From a virus (Duplodnaviria; Caudoviricetes), in the IMG/VR virus record IMGVR_UViG_3300006133_000325: a DNA stretch of 64,000 nucleotides; one strand, written 5' to 3'. Made by a program: the position numbers and the translations under genes. How positions within the stretch are numbered: position 1 is the first letter of the stretch; each line of letters starts with the position of its first letter. Below, piece after piece: positions 9,012 to 19,358 of this stretch. The notes below the pieces were generated by a model. The model had not been told where the DNA came from. It saw only the letters and a list, made by a program, of their open reading frames with translations, and did no database searches.

Positions 9012-10283
9012 CCTTTTGTACCGTTACTTTCGTAATACTTTAACACTTTTATCATTTAAAAGTCGGAGTAGACTATACCATCATCGTTGATATTATCTCG
9101 GATGTCCATTGGTAGTCGTTGCGAGCTTCCCATGTCTATAAGATTTAGGGCTATCTCTCAGGATTATCCAATCCTTATTCTTGTTACCATACCATTATAT
9201 TTAGTAATGCCACATTTCGATTTCTCTAATGCTTGGTAAATAAGGCTCTAAGAACTTTCCCTGATATTCTGGATTTTCTATACATATCACTATGTATAGC
9301 GACTTAAAAAATCTTTTACATACAAATATTCATTATTATCAATTACATATTTTCCTATTTGCGAATAAATTTTTTTGAATTTTTTTATTCCAATTTCTTT
9401 TTTTGTTAAAAAATCTTTTCTATTATTAAATGTTTCTTTGGTTTGTGGAGAACAAATGGGGCATTTTTCTGACGTGTATAATGCTTTTAGTAATTCAAAA
9501 AATCGGACATCATCATCCAATAGCGATGAATCGAAATAGCGCCAATGCATGTCTGCTGCTAATCGCTTTTTGTCTCTCAAAGCTATTGATAAACTGCTTT
9601 CGCTTTTAATTCCATATTTTATTTGCGCGTTTGAAATCATATCAAATACTTCTCCAGTCTCTAAGCATATTATAGCTGTAGCCCTTGGATTGTTTGTTCC
9701 AACAGCTAACTTGTTTGTTTTTCTCATTTGACTAAGATGAGCTTTTTGCTCCTGACTCCATTTGTGGTTGTAATTTGGATTTTTGCATCCGCTTACCAAT
9801 TTGCTCATTTTATCTCTGAATTCCTTTGATTGATATACACTATCTGGAGCATTTCTCAAATCAATCATCTTTTGTCTAAATTCATCATTCTTCCATAGCT
9901 TTTTTGAACTATTGGATATAATTTTTCTCTGAATATCATTCATTTTATATCCTGATATTCCTTCTCCTCCATCAGTTCTATTCGTAAGCCTATAATTTGT
10001 ATTGTTTCTATAATATGCAATCAATTCCTTTTCTTTATTAAAAGCTTCACTTTCAAATAAACTATCTTCAACTATTCGGACATCACATTCATGAGTATTA
10101 TACATATCCATAAAAAATTTATTTCTTTTTAATGTTTTGTACCGATTATCTTTCCCTTTCCCAACATAAAAAACTTCCCCAGTTAGTTTTATAAACCATT
10201 CGTAAACATAGTAAACATTTTCTATTTATTTAACATCCCCCTTCAATAATATGTTTAATATATATGTAAAGATTTTTTTGTTA
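9012..10283 (-). mobile_element. Group I intron in dnaE carrying a homing endonuclease
   Basis: Exon 1 ends in U (GAT^), intron ends in G (9012); P UCAGGGAA / Q AAUCCUGAG, R CAACGACUA / S UAUAGUCU; splicing restores SLPD-LDLN in frame. Confidence 0.88.
9290..10225 (-). CDS. GIY-YIG homing endonuclease with NUMOD3/NUMOD1-like repeats (probable ATA start at 10225)
   Basis: Frame open upstream of track start: YYVYEW...FYVGKG..NR, then E..A..E..LI, LTN..DGGEG, HKWSQEQKAHLS, IICLETGEVF. Confidence 0.88.
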   Translation of the reverse strand: MENVYYVYEWFIKLTGEVFYVGKGKDNRYKTLKRNKFFMDMYNTHECDVRIVEDSLFESEAFNKEKELIAYYRNNTNYRLTNRTDGGEGISGYKMNDIQRKIISNSSKKLWKNDEFRQKMIDLRNAPDSVYQSKEFRDKMSKLVSGCKNPNYNHKWSQEQKAHLSQMRKTNKLAVGTNNPRATAIICLETGEVFDMISNAQIKYGIKSESSLSIALRDKKRLAADMHWRYFDSSLLDDDVRFFELLKALYTSEKCPICSPQTKETFNNRKDFLTKKEIGIKKFKKIYSQIGKYVIDNNEYLYVKDFLSRYT

Positions 10284-11618
10284 ATCGGGTAACGATCTTG
10301 TCTGTAAAATTCTGGTTTTTGACATAAATCTATCTGGATAAAGCTTAACAGGCGAGGCAAACCTATCTATATTGCTAAATCCCAAAAGCGAGTTGACATA
10401 ATAAGAGACACCACTACCTCTACCAGTTTTTGTTACTATTCCCCCTTTCTCAATTCCTCTTTTGACTAATTTATAATCAATCAAAAAGTAATCTGCCATA
10501 TGTGTTTCTATAATTGCATCTAACTCATATTTAATTCCTTCTTCGTAAAGCTTTCTTTTTTCTTCTGGAATAGTATTTTGGATATCATTCCATTTTTCAT
10601 AAACCAAATTTGTCAACGCAGCATCTTTTTCAGATTGACTCATGGAAAGATTACTGGATGGTAATTTTATTTCTTTGTCAAAAAATAATTCATCAAAAGT
10701 AAGAATGAGATCTGTATTTTTAATGCATCTATCTATTTCCCTTTCTGTAAGAACACCCTGCTTTTTTAATCGCTTCCTTACTGTTTCTTCATCAGGATAA
10801 TCCATATACCATCCAGTCTCTTCATCCTCTTCTTTTGTATATCCCTTTCTTCTTGTAGAAACATAATTGTTCCGTTCTATATAATCACTTTCTAATATGA
10901 AATGGCTGTCATATCCAAAAATAATGTCGATTCCATATTTTTTACTTATAGAAATAATTCTTTTGTTTAATTTTTTTTGCTCTGGCGTATCATGATATTG
11001 TATCTCCAGAAAAAAATTCTCGCCAAAATGTTGATGTAATTTTTCGGTAATTTCCTCAATATCATCATATTTCCAATAGGCAATGCAGGCGGTTGTCACG
11101 AATACATTTTCAGGTTTAATTCTAAGAAATAATTCTAGATCCAATCTTGGTTGACCATAATACCCATCAATATTAGCATCAGATAATGCCTCGTTGATGT
11201 CTCTTCGTCCCTCTTCATTTTTCGCAAGTAGTATAATATGACAATTGCTTCTATCTTTTTTTAAAAGAAGGTTTCCATCCTTATCTTTTTTATATTCTCC
11301 TGTTTCTTTATCTATAAATGGATATTCTTTCTTTCTATCTTTTACCCAATATGCCTCTGCTCCAAATACAAATTTTAAAAGTGATTTTTCATATTCTTCT
11401 TTTGTTATTTCTCCTTTTTCAAATCTTTCCTTTGCCTTATTATTATTTTCTTGTACTAATTCATATGGTTCATAATAATTCGACTGAAATCCATGCTCTA
11501 CGCTTGAGATTACTTTCTGTCCTAGGTCTTTCGCCCTTTTTATGTAATCTTTATAGGAAACAGCACAGTCGGCTACTAGAACATTAGAGTACCAAGTATG
11601 CTTATGATAATTCTGGAT
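10284..11618 (-). CDS. dnaE: DNA polymerase III alpha (DnaE-like), exon 1 with PHP domain (probable ATC start)
   Basis: Frame open 158 codons upstream of track start: IQNYHKHT, VEHG, GAEAY, HIILLAKN, DSH, GRGSG. Confidence 0.9.
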
Positions 11619-11647
11619 ATCTTATCACCACCTCTCTGATTGGAATT

Positions 11648-12436
11648 TTACGGCTTATACTCGCAAGCACAGTTTCTCATATCGCAAATATTCCAACAAA
11701 AATATTTTGAAGGATTTGGCAACCATGTTGTTTCATTTTCAATGGCTTTTACTGTAGCTGCTGCCCATTTTTTTGCCTCTTCAAATTCATTGTCGTTAAA
11801 TTCAACCGTAAGCCATTTTCCTTCCTTAAATAGATTCCATTTTAAGAATTTTGGTTTCTTTCCATATTCCTCTATCACAGCAATTGAATATAGGTAAAGC
11901 TGTCTTTTAAAAGACAAAACATGCCCTTCATCTGTTTTACTCACGTCACCATTTTTCTTGAACTTGAGACTTGCACTTTTATGATCCAGTACAGCAATCT
12001 CACCTGTTTTCTTATCTTTTAATAATAGGTCGATATAACCAATTAGTTCGTATCCACCAATTTTAAATTTTACTTCCTTTTCTACTCCTAAAATCTCATA
12101 TGTGTCCAGCGCCAAGTCAATATTGTCCAGGTACTCAAGCCCTTTCTCATAGTAAGACTGTCTAACATCCACATATTTATTACTAGGCGCAGCACATGTT
12201 ATCGCCTCGTTAAAATGTTCTTCGTAATACCCTGAAATTTCAAATAGCGATAATTCTCCTTTTTCGTATTTTTCTAAAATACTATGTAAAAAGCTTCCAT
12301 ATTGTCCAAAAAAATTTGATTCACCTTCGTTACACTGAACGTATTTCAACCAAAACCCATATGGACACTGATGGTAACTTTGCAGCCTCGAGAATGACCA
12401 AACCATAGTATCAATCACAAATCTGTCTTCGTTCAT
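11648..12436 (-). CDS. PD-(D/E)xK nuclease (Cas4/AddB-like, Fe-S cysteines)
   Basis: SFSRL...CPY, FGS..H, E, GYIDL, DHKS, QLYLY, C-terminal Cys cluster. Confidence 0.85.
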   Translation of the reverse strand: MNEDRFVIDTMVWSFSRLQSYHQCPYGFWLKYVQCNEGESNFFGQYGSFLHSILEKYEKGELSLFEISGYYEEHFNEAITCAAPSNKYVDVRQSYYEKGLEYLDNIDLALDTYEILGVEKEVKFKIGGYELIGYIDLLLKDKKTGEIAVLDHKSASLKFKKNGDVSKTDEGHVLSFKRQLYLYSIAVIEEYGKKPKFLKWNLFKEGKWLTVEFNDNEFEEAKKWAAATVKAIENETTWLPNPSKYFCWNICDMRNCACEYKP

Positions 12437-12448
12437 ATTTCACCCCCA

Positions 12449-14374
12449 TTATTTATCTGGAAAAATATCTTCAGGACTTGGATGCAAACGATCTGTATAG
12501 GGAAGCCTATCCGCATAAACCTTCTTATCCCAGGCAAATTTCTTATCATATTCGGCATAATCCGTATAAAATCTTCTTGATGTTATGTCATACCATAATC
12601 CTAGCTGAAAATCGGTTTTCCCTAACAATCTGTCTTTGATTACAGTTAAAACAACATCATATTTGCCCCATTTTGCTTTTGGATCTTCCTTTTCTTTTTT
12701 GGATGTTCTACGTAAACCGATTGACCGCATAGCAAGATTGATAATATTAGATGAACCAGAAATATCATACATTTCGATATCAGAATTAGTATCCTGTGTC
12801 TTTCTTGGATGGGCAATCAATACTACCGCAACATTAAATTTCGCTGCAAATTTTATCAGGCGGTTAATAAAATTCGTTTGTTCTGTATTTTTATCGCTTT
12901 CCGAACAATTCAGGTCGATCATCATAAGATTATCCAAAACAATCAATTTGCACCCGAACTTCCTAACACATTCTTCCGCAGATTTCATAACAGAATCTAC
13001 GTCGTTCGGCTCATCATCCCTATAAATAAACAATTTTTTATTATAGAAATCCTGTAATATCTTTTTTGTCTTATAAGGGACTATATAATATTTCTTGCCT
13101 TCTGAAGTAGAATGTTCCTCCATATTTCTTCGCCCAGCAATGATAGTGTTAAACCAGTTGGCAGACATCCTTTCTGGCATTTCTTTTGAAAAGAGAAATA
13201 CAGCACTTCCGCTATCTATGGTTTCTGCTATTGTTTGATCTATAATACTTGTCTTTCCACTTCCTGGCCTGCCAGACAATATTGTTAATGTACCATAAAA
13301 TATTTTCAGTAATTCGTTATCTAAAGGCTTAATTCCTGTTTTTACCCCTTCCATTTGGGATATATCCAACTCTTCAATTTCGGAATAATCAATCACGCTT
13401 TTTACCGGAACATCTTTTGCTTCTGATATTAAGCCCATTACATAACTAGCTCCTCCAGCCTGCAAACAATCATTGATATCATTAAGCAAAAACTTCTTGC
13501 CATCCTTATCTATGTAGTGAGTAGGAGTTTCGATATATTTCGTTCGCCATGTCCCCAGCCTATAGATACATTCTTTTCTCATCTTAATTCCGGCCTCATC
13601 ATTATCAGACCAAATTATGATGGAATCAAATAAATCTAGCCAGTCCCAATTTTCTTCAATCCAATGAAGATTCCCAGCCCCAAGAGGTACGCTAACGGTA
13701 TTCAAATATCCGGCTTCAATAGCACTGGCACAGTCTGTCTCCCCCTCTGTAATAAGCAAAGGCTTTGCTGGATTTACTCTGTTCATATTAAACAATATCG
13801 AGGAAGTGTCGGAATCTTTTTGACACCATGTTTTACTTTGTCCAGAATGTTTATCAATTGTTCTTGCAGGACGATATTTTACCATTGTCAAAACATCGTT
13901 CGTATCATAAAAATTAAAAACGCCATTCCCATGTTTGTCCTCTCGTATATCTAAGTAGTCAATCACGTTTTTTGATATGCCGCGCCTTCCCCAGTACTCA
14001 AGTACTTTCCTTCTATCATTGATAGGTTCTTCATGTGGATATCTATAGTTATATTTTGTTTTTACATTTTTCTCTCCAAAACTGTATTCGATTCCTACTC
14101 TTTCAAATAAGTATTTTGAAGCCTCTAAAAATGTATTACCCTTTTCCATTAACACATCAATAATATCCACAGTCTTGTTACAACCAAAGCAATGCCAATT
14201 ATACTTTTTCTTGTTATAAATAAAGCTTGCAGTATCTTCATCATGATAAGGACAACATGCTTTTAAATTTTTTCTATCAAAATCATCAAGCTCCAGTAAT
14301 TCTGCCATAATAAATGCGTTTTCGTCGCCTAATTTCTCTTTTGCCTTTTCTATTTCATTCCTTTCAATGATCAA
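12449..14374 (-). CDS. DNA primase-helicase (CHC2 zinc finger, TOPRIM, SF4 helicase)
   Basis: CPYH..CFGC, TEGETD, DND.AG, GRPGSGKT, VLDNL, AHPRK. Confidence 0.9.
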   Translation of the reverse strand: MIIERNEIEKAKEKLGDENAFIMAELLELDDFDRKNLKACCPYHDEDTASFIYNKKKYNWHCFGCNKTVDIIDVLMEKGNTFLEASKYLFERVGIEYSFGEKNVKTKYNYRYPHEEPINDRRKVLEYWGRRGISKNVIDYLDIREDKHGNGVFNFYDTNDVLTMVKYRPARTIDKHSGQSKTWCQKDSDTSSILFNMNRVNPAKPLLITEGETDCASAIEAGYLNTVSVPLGAGNLHWIEENWDWLDLFDSIIIWSDNDEAGIKMRKECIYRLGTWRTKYIETPTHYIDKDGKKFLLNDINDCLQAGGASYVMGLISEAKDVPVKSVIDYSEIEELDISQMEGVKTGIKPLDNELLKIFYGTLTILSGRPGSGKTSIIDQTIAETIDSGSAVFLFSKEMPERMSANWFNTIIAGRRNMEEHSTSEGKKYYIVPYKTKKILQDFYNKKLFIYRDDEPNDVDSVMKSAEECVRKFGCKLIVLDNLMMIDLNCSESDKNTEQTNFINRLIKFAAKFNVAVVLIAHPRKTQDTNSDIEMYDISGSSNIINLAMRSIGLRRTSKKEKEDPKAKWGKYDVVLTVIKDRLLGKTDFQLGLWYDITSRRFYTDYAEYDKKFAWDKKVYADRLPYTDRLHPSPEDIFPDK

Positions 14375-14730
14375 TTACGTTTCCACCCGCCTCTATTTTT
14401 CTCCCAGAAAAGTTTTCTAATGCCATATAAAATTTGCACAGGCTTATCGGAATAATATTTCTTTGATGTTTCAATATTTTTCTTAATAAATTCTAGTGGA
14501 ACCTGATTTTTAAATACCAAAATATTGATAATTCGCATTGCTATTGGATATTGTTCTTTATCTTCTATATATTCCATATACATAGCAACGCAATCCTTTA
14601 TCTCCTGTTTTATTGCTGCACAATCCCAATGATAATGCTTTTTGTTCATTACCACGGATTCAGAGGCTTTTACTCTGTTTCCGTGGTGTAAGCAGTATTT
14701 GTATGCACAGACATATTCTTTATCTGCCAT
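14371..14730 (-). CDS. Hypothetical replication-region protein with putative Zn finger
   Basis: C.Y..C...H..C motif; sits between ssb and primase. Confidence 0.65.
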   Translation of the reverse strand: MADKEYVCAYKYCLHHGNRVKASESVVMNKKHYHWDCAAIKQEIKDCVAMYMEYIEDKEQYPIAMRIINILVFKNQVPLEFIKKNIETSKKYYSDKPVQILYGIRKLFWEKNRGGWKRN

Positions 14731-14738
14731 ATTTTCTC

Positions 14739-15158
14739 CTAATTAAATGGTAATTCCTCATCAATACCATCTGGAATATTGAAAAAACCATCCGAAGGTT
14801 GAGTTGATGTATTACCTCCTGTTCCATTAGAAGCATTATTATTCTTGCTTTCAACAAACTCTGCTTCCTCTACAACAACATCTGTCGTATATACCTTGGT
14901 TCCGTCTTGCTTTGTATAATTGCCGGTTTGAATACGACCAGAAATACCTATCATCATACCTTTTGTAAAGTATTTGTTGATAAATTCCGCAGTTTTATGA
15001 AAAGCCACACAACTAATAAAATCTGCGTCATAATTACCTTCTGAATTTTTAAAACGTCTGTTTACTGCAATGGAGAAGCGTGTTACCACGCTATCCCCTT
15101 GAGTGTTTCTGCTTTCCGGATCTCTTGTTAAACGTCCAACAATCATTACTTTATTCAT
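14739..15158 (-). CDS. ssb: Single-stranded DNA-binding protein
   Basis: MNKV.IVGRLTRDPE...acidic DEELPFN tail. Confidence 0.95.
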   Translation of the reverse strand: MNKVMIVGRLTRDPESRNTQGDSVVTRFSIAVNRRFKNSEGNYDADFISCVAFHKTAEFINKYFTKGMMIGISGRIQTGNYTKQDGTKVYTTDVVVEEAEFVESKNNNASNGTGGNTSTQPSDGFFNIPDGIDEELPFN

Positions 15159-15177
15159 AAATTAATTCCTCCTCTAA

Positions 15178-16140
15178 TTACGCAATCGGCTTTAATGTTT
15201 TTAGTTTTTCCAAACAATCTTTTGCCTTATCAAAGTCACGAAGTGCGTTTGGATTCCCACTAGCGGTAAATTTTTTCAATTCAGCCATAAGTTCTTCGTT
15301 CTTAGTACCTCCCAAGTCAGTACATAATGCAACAATTTCTTTTTTTACAGTAGCAAGATCATCTTGATATGTAGACTGTGTGCCTCCTTCAGATTCATCC
15401 CTTCCTCTTACTGGCGGGGTATATCCTTCACCGGAATTCGCCCATTTAATAATTCTTTCTCCATAATCTTCACTTAAAAGAGTTGCAACCTCATTCTCAA
15501 AAATATGAGTATTATCTTTTTGAGCTTCCGCCATGCTTGTTTTTTGATCGATTAGAAATGTGCAAGTAAACTCATATTCAAATCCATCACGCTGTTTCGC
15601 ACCAACTCCAAGTTTCTGCACAGATGTTTTTCCGTTGTTATCCTTTGTCATCTCATACTGGTCTTTTCCTCGCATGGTAGCAATAATATGTAGTGGAGAA
15701 TCTGCGATTGCTTCGATAAATTTATTATGACGAGGAGTAATGTTTTTCCAGTTCTGGTATTGCCCGCCAGCTTGTTGATGAAGTTCAAGACATCCGCCTC
15801 TTCCTTCCCATTCGTGTGAGGATGAATCAATAATTAAAATATCGTATCCCTTTTCTACGGCAAAATTGATAAAGTCAACATACTTCTCTGGATTATGAGG
15901 AGCTTCAATGTCTACGATATCGTATTTAAACTCATTTGCATAATAATACCCACGTTTTTGCTCCGTATTCCCTAGTAAAATTTTTGCCTTCTTTCCGGTT
16001 TCTTGTTCAATTTCACGAGCCATCCCAGTTGCAAGCCTAAGTGCTGAATAAGTCTTTCCTCCACCGCTCGGAGCCATTAACGCAATTTTACAATAGATCT
16101 TTTCTCTTTTCGCTTCCTTAATTTCAAAACTATATCCCAT
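15178..16140 (-). CDS. AAA_24/Sak4-like recombination ATPase
   Basis: APSGGGKTYSAL, IIDSSSHEW, QRDGFEYEF; adjacent to ssb. Confidence 0.8.
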   Translation of the reverse strand: MGYSFEIKEAKREKIYCKIALMAPSGGGKTYSALRLATGMAREIEQETGKKAKILLGNTEQKRGYYYANEFKYDIVDIEAPHNPEKYVDFINFAVEKGYDILIIDSSSHEWEGRGGCLELHQQAGGQYQNWKNITPRHNKFIEAIADSPLHIIATMRGKDQYEMTKDNNGKTSVQKLGVGAKQRDGFEYEFTCTFLIDQKTSMAEAQKDNTHIFENEVATLLSEDYGERIIKWANSGEGYTPPVRGRDESEGGTQSTYQDDLATVKKEIVALCTDLGGTKNEELMAELKKFTASGNPNALRDFDKAKDCLEKLKTLKPIA

Positions 16141-16164
16141 TCCATTTCCTCCTATAAAATAATT

Positions 16165-16340
16165 GTTTGCCTATTTTTTATATGAACAGCCTTTTAAGCT
16201 GGAACATAAAGTAACTCTATATAAAAATCTATCTAAACAGTGATTTTTGGCATAACTTAACCAAGGGTATGCTGTTTTACCACCCAACGAATACAGCGAT
16301 TCAGTTGTCACAATAGAGAGTTTTACGATATTAGATAGAA
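16165..16340 (-). ncRNA. Candidate structured leader RNA upstream of the replication operon
   Basis: 9-bp outer stem 16228-16236/16331-16339, GGGU...ACCC hairpin, possible GCAUA/UAUGC pseudoknot. Confidence 0.35.
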
Positions 16341-16356
16341 ATTATGTTTTCCTTAT

Positions 16357-16388
16357 CCGCTTTGTAGCTATAAAAATCTACAAAGCGG
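16357..16388 (-). terminator. Strong hairpin after phosphoesterase gene
   Basis: Perfect 11-bp inverted repeat CCGCTTTGTAG/CTACAAAGCGG; no clear U-tract on minus strand. Confidence 0.45.
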
Positions 16389-16400
16389 TTTTGATAAGAT

Positions 16401-17162
16401 TCAAAGAATCCTTATAATCTGTTCGTAAATGCAGGTAGCTCTCTCCCAATAGAAATTAACATTTTCGTGCATATGCCCAAATATCCATTGCTTATATTCA
16501 ATCGTTTGTTTAATTTTCTGTAAATAGTCTGTAAATCTATCTCTCTCGTACAAACCAGAACCGCCATCCATTTGACTTAGCAATGATGTGTAAGGGCTAT
16601 GAGTAATAATGTAATCTACCTTGTAATTCTGCTTTTTGAGGTTATTTAGTCCCTCTTCCATTTCTTCTTCATTTGGCAACTCTCTTTCCCACCAGCTCAC
16701 ATGATTGATCCGATACAAAGCAAAAGGATCTTTATCTAATCTTTTCTTCTTTTCTTTAAAGCTTGGATCATCTGGTTCTAAGATACCTGCAGAAATATCA
16801 TGGCTGCTTGCTCCACCAAAGGTAAAGAATGATTTTCCACTGATATTAAAAATCTGTCCTCTCATAAGGTGAATTACTGATGGACGAATAAAATTAACTT
16901 TTCCTCCATACCATTCTTCCACTGGTAAGCTATCTAAAATGTCATAATTCTCATGATTTCCTGATACGAACAATGTAGTAAATGACTTATTTTCCAACCA
17001 ATCTAAATTGTACTTCTCTCTATTAGAATTATCCCAAATACCAAAGTCACCTGCTATTATAACATAATCATCTTTTGACATTTCCTTTTGTTCCGGAAAA
17101 GAATCCATCTTCAATCTGTTCATCCAGTCACCATGTGTATCTCCTGTAACCCAAACCGCCAT
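16401..17162 (-). CDS. Calcineurin-like metallophosphoesterase
   Basis: GDTHG, GDFG, GNHE, ITH, FGHMH. Confidence 0.9.
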   Translation of the reverse strand: MAVWVTGDTHGDWMNRLKMDSFPEQKEMSKDDYVIIAGDFGIWDNSNREKYNLDWLENKSFTTLFVSGNHENYDILDSLPVEEWYGGKVNFIRPSVIHLMRGQIFNISGKSFFTFGGASSHDISAGILEPDDPSFKEKKKRLDKDPFALYRINHVSWWERELPNEEEMEEGLNNLKKQNYKVDYIITHSPYTSLLSQMDGGSGLYERDRFTDYLQKIKQTIEYKQWIFGHMHENVNFYWERATCIYEQIIRIL

Positions 17163-17232
17163 TTTATTTAACTCCTTTTACTCTATAATTCAAATTCCTA
17201 TAATATTTTCATTATCTTTTTCTCTCTTCTTC

Positions 17233-17634
17233 TTAATCAATTCTTTCTACATTCACTGGAAGCCACATATTCGGATTGAAATTTAAAGTATATCTATATT
17301 TTGAAACAGCATTTGCTCCTAAATTTAGATCTTCAACAATATAAGTCACATTATCACTTAACCCCACAAAGTGCTTTACATATGTACCACCATCTTCAAC
17401 GAGGATTTCGAGCTGATTATCATCTACATCTGCCGTGATCGACATTTTTCCAGTCATTTGAAACAATACGTCTCCTTCTATACAGTTAATAACGGTCAAC
17501 TGCCGCACCACATTAAAATTATCCGCCTGTTTGGTCAAGTTATAATTAACTCTATCCGCCTCTGAATCACATCCTGCTAACAACCCTGTCATCATAAACA
17601 CTAACAAAACTAAAAAACAAAGATTTCTTTTCAT
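17233..17634 (-). CDS. Phage lipoprotein
   Basis: Signal peptide with LAGC lipobox. Confidence 0.75.
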   Translation of the reverse strand: MKRNLCFLVLLVFMMTGLLAGCDSEADRVNYNLTKQADNFNVVRQLTVINCIEGDVLFQMTGKMSITADVDDNQLEILVEDGGTYVKHFVGLSDNVTYIVEDLNLGANAVSKYRYTLNFNPNMWLPVNVERID

Positions 17635-17650
17635 GACATAATTTCTCCTT

Positions 17651-17856
17651 TTATCTTGTATTTTTACAAAAATGTTACTAATTCATTTTGATACGGATAA
17701 ATGGATTCAGTGCTTGTATATGTTCATTTCTATTTCCGACACGCCTTGCTAGAGGTTATGCGCACTAACTCAAAGGAGTGTATCGTTCGTGTTTATATTT
17801 TTGCGTCTTATCCTGCTATTATCCGTATCCGTTTTGGCTGAATGAGTACAAGATAA
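17651..17856 (-). ncRNA. Candidate ~200-nt multi-stem ncRNA
   Basis: Nested perfect stems 17651-17660/17847-17856 and 17690-17700/17819-17829 enclosing further hairpins; strand inferred from operon. Confidence 0.5.
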
Positions 17857-17955
17857 TTTTTCTATCTTTTAGAAAAACTAAATTGAGCCTTAAATTTCAT
17901 CCATTTAATCATGAGGAACTTACTTCATGAACCAGTTAGATTTTGATACTTACTT

Positions 17956-18669
17956 CTAGTAAATAATACCAATACTACGCATATATCCCTCCTCTAAATC
18001 TAAAACAGTTTCAATAGCTGACTTGTCCACGTTACATCTTTCTGCAATGAAGTTAATTGCTTCACCAAAATCATATACAATTTCTTTATCTTCTACATTA
18101 TCCATTTTATTATCCTCTTTTCCTTCTTTGTTTTTCTTCTTGTTACTATACTTATCCCCATACAAATGAAATTTGAGTTCCATACGTTCATTATCTTCAA
18201 TATCTTCTAAACTAAAGAAATCTTCTATTTTCTTTCCGTCTGCAATTATAAGATACAAATTCCCTGGTTTACTTAGATATGTTTTTTGTGCTTCATTTGA
18301 ATTATCGTCGTCTCCTACCCAATTAGCCAAATAGTCATAAGACTCTATACAGGCCATTTGCTCTTCTTTTGCATATGGTTTCTCAAATTCAAGCCGAATA
18401 CTTGTTATGTCATTATATTCTTTAATCCTGTCAAATGTCATTTGCTTAAAGTTCTCAACTTCATTCCCGAATTCATACCTTTCCTTATTTGCATCTTTAT
18501 GTATTTCAATAATTATCGTATGCGCTATATTGATTTTATCTATTGAATTACAAGCAATTCTTCTAACAGAAGGCCTAATATCTTCTACGCAAAATTCACC
18601 TATATATTTGCCATCTATTTTTATGGTGTCGCAATTCTCAAATGTTAATTCTACATATTTTAACCTCAA
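17956..18669 (-). CDS. Hypothetical phage protein (possibly two fused ORFs)
   Basis: Long ORF; internal GAGG RBS before MDNVEDK. Confidence 0.65.
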   Translation of the reverse strand: MRLKYVELTFENCDTIKIDGKYIGEFCVEDIRPSVRRIACNSIDKINIAHTIIIEIHKDANKERYEFGNEVENFKQMTFDRIKEYNDITSIRLEFEKPYAKEEQMACIESYDYLANWVGDDDNSNEAQKTYLSKPGNLYLIIADGKKIEDFFSLEDIEDNERMELKFHLYGDKYSNKKKNKEGKEDNKMDNVEDKEIVYDFGEAINFIAERCNVDKSAIETVLDLEEGYMRSIGIIY

Positions 18670-18686
18670 TTTTTATCCTCCCTATA

Positions 18687-19001
18687 TTACCCAATTGTAA
18701 ATCCACAAAAACTCTCTACAAAATCAGGCTCTTCAATTTGCTTATACTGTTCTTCTTCTTGCTTATATTCAAACCACCATCTTTTATGTGATGGATTATA
18801 TATCCCTTCATCACATTCTTCGATAAGTGCATATTGATAACAAGTTTCATTTATGTCGCAATTATTTTCTATTACAGATGAATAAGCATCTTCAAACTTA
18901 GAATACCATCCTACTAACCTGCTCGAGCCAAATTCCGGAAATTTTGACGTAGCATTGAAGCTTAAATCGGTCATTACCATAATAGTATATATTTTACTCA
19001 C
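18687..19001 (-). CDS. Hypothetical phage protein
   Basis: ORF with GAGGAG RBS. Confidence 0.65.
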   Translation of the reverse strand: MSKIYTIMVMTDLSFNATSKFPEFGSSRLVGWYSKFEDAYSSVIENNCDINETCYQYALIEECDEGIYNPSHKRWWFEYKQEEEQYKQIEEPDFVESFCGFTIG

Positions 19002-19013
19002 AATATTCTCCTC

Positions 19014-19256
19014 TTAATATCTAATATTCCTTTCAAGATTCACTGTTCCACTCCATTTCTTACAGCAAACTTTAGTCTCTATAAACACATTCTCTCTTTC
19101 TGAAATTTTTGAGATATCGTTTAATGCTTGTTGTATTCCTTTCTTATATCTACACACATCTTCTTTGTTACAAGTATCACATACCTTATTGCTTTTTGTA
19201 GACGGAAAAACTCTGGGTGGTACTGGAATATTTATATTGCGAATATCAAATGCCAC
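19014..19256 (-). CDS. Hypothetical protein (C..C....VC motif)
   Basis: ORF with GGAGG RBS. Confidence 0.55.
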   Translation of the reverse strand: MAFDIRNINIPVPPRVFPSTKSNKVCDTCNKEDVCRYKKGIQQALNDISKISERENVFIETKVCCKKWSGTVNLERNIRY

Positions 19257-19358
19257 TTAACATACCTCCTCATAGATATATTCTCTTTTTATTTCATGTT
19301 TATAATAGAAATTGAAATTGAAGTTATCATTTAAGTCGCCATGAAGAATATTTAATAA

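Noticed and set aside
9012-10283. Intein or split intein in DnaE
   Set aside because: No Cys/Ser start or His-Asn end; an in-frame stop and group I core elements are present
11648-12436. Cas4-like gene as evidence of CRISPR-Cas
   Set aside because: No repeat-spacer array or other cas genes seen; it lies in the replication operon
16168-16210. Hairpin plus A-rich tail resembling a preQ1-I riboswitch
   Set aside because: Loop does not fit the consensus and the downstream genes are unrelated to queuosine
17755-17810. AUAAAC-ACGAACGAU segment reminiscent of a tmRNA resume region
   Set aside because: No tRNA-like acceptor or T-arm ends and no Ala-Ala-stop tag
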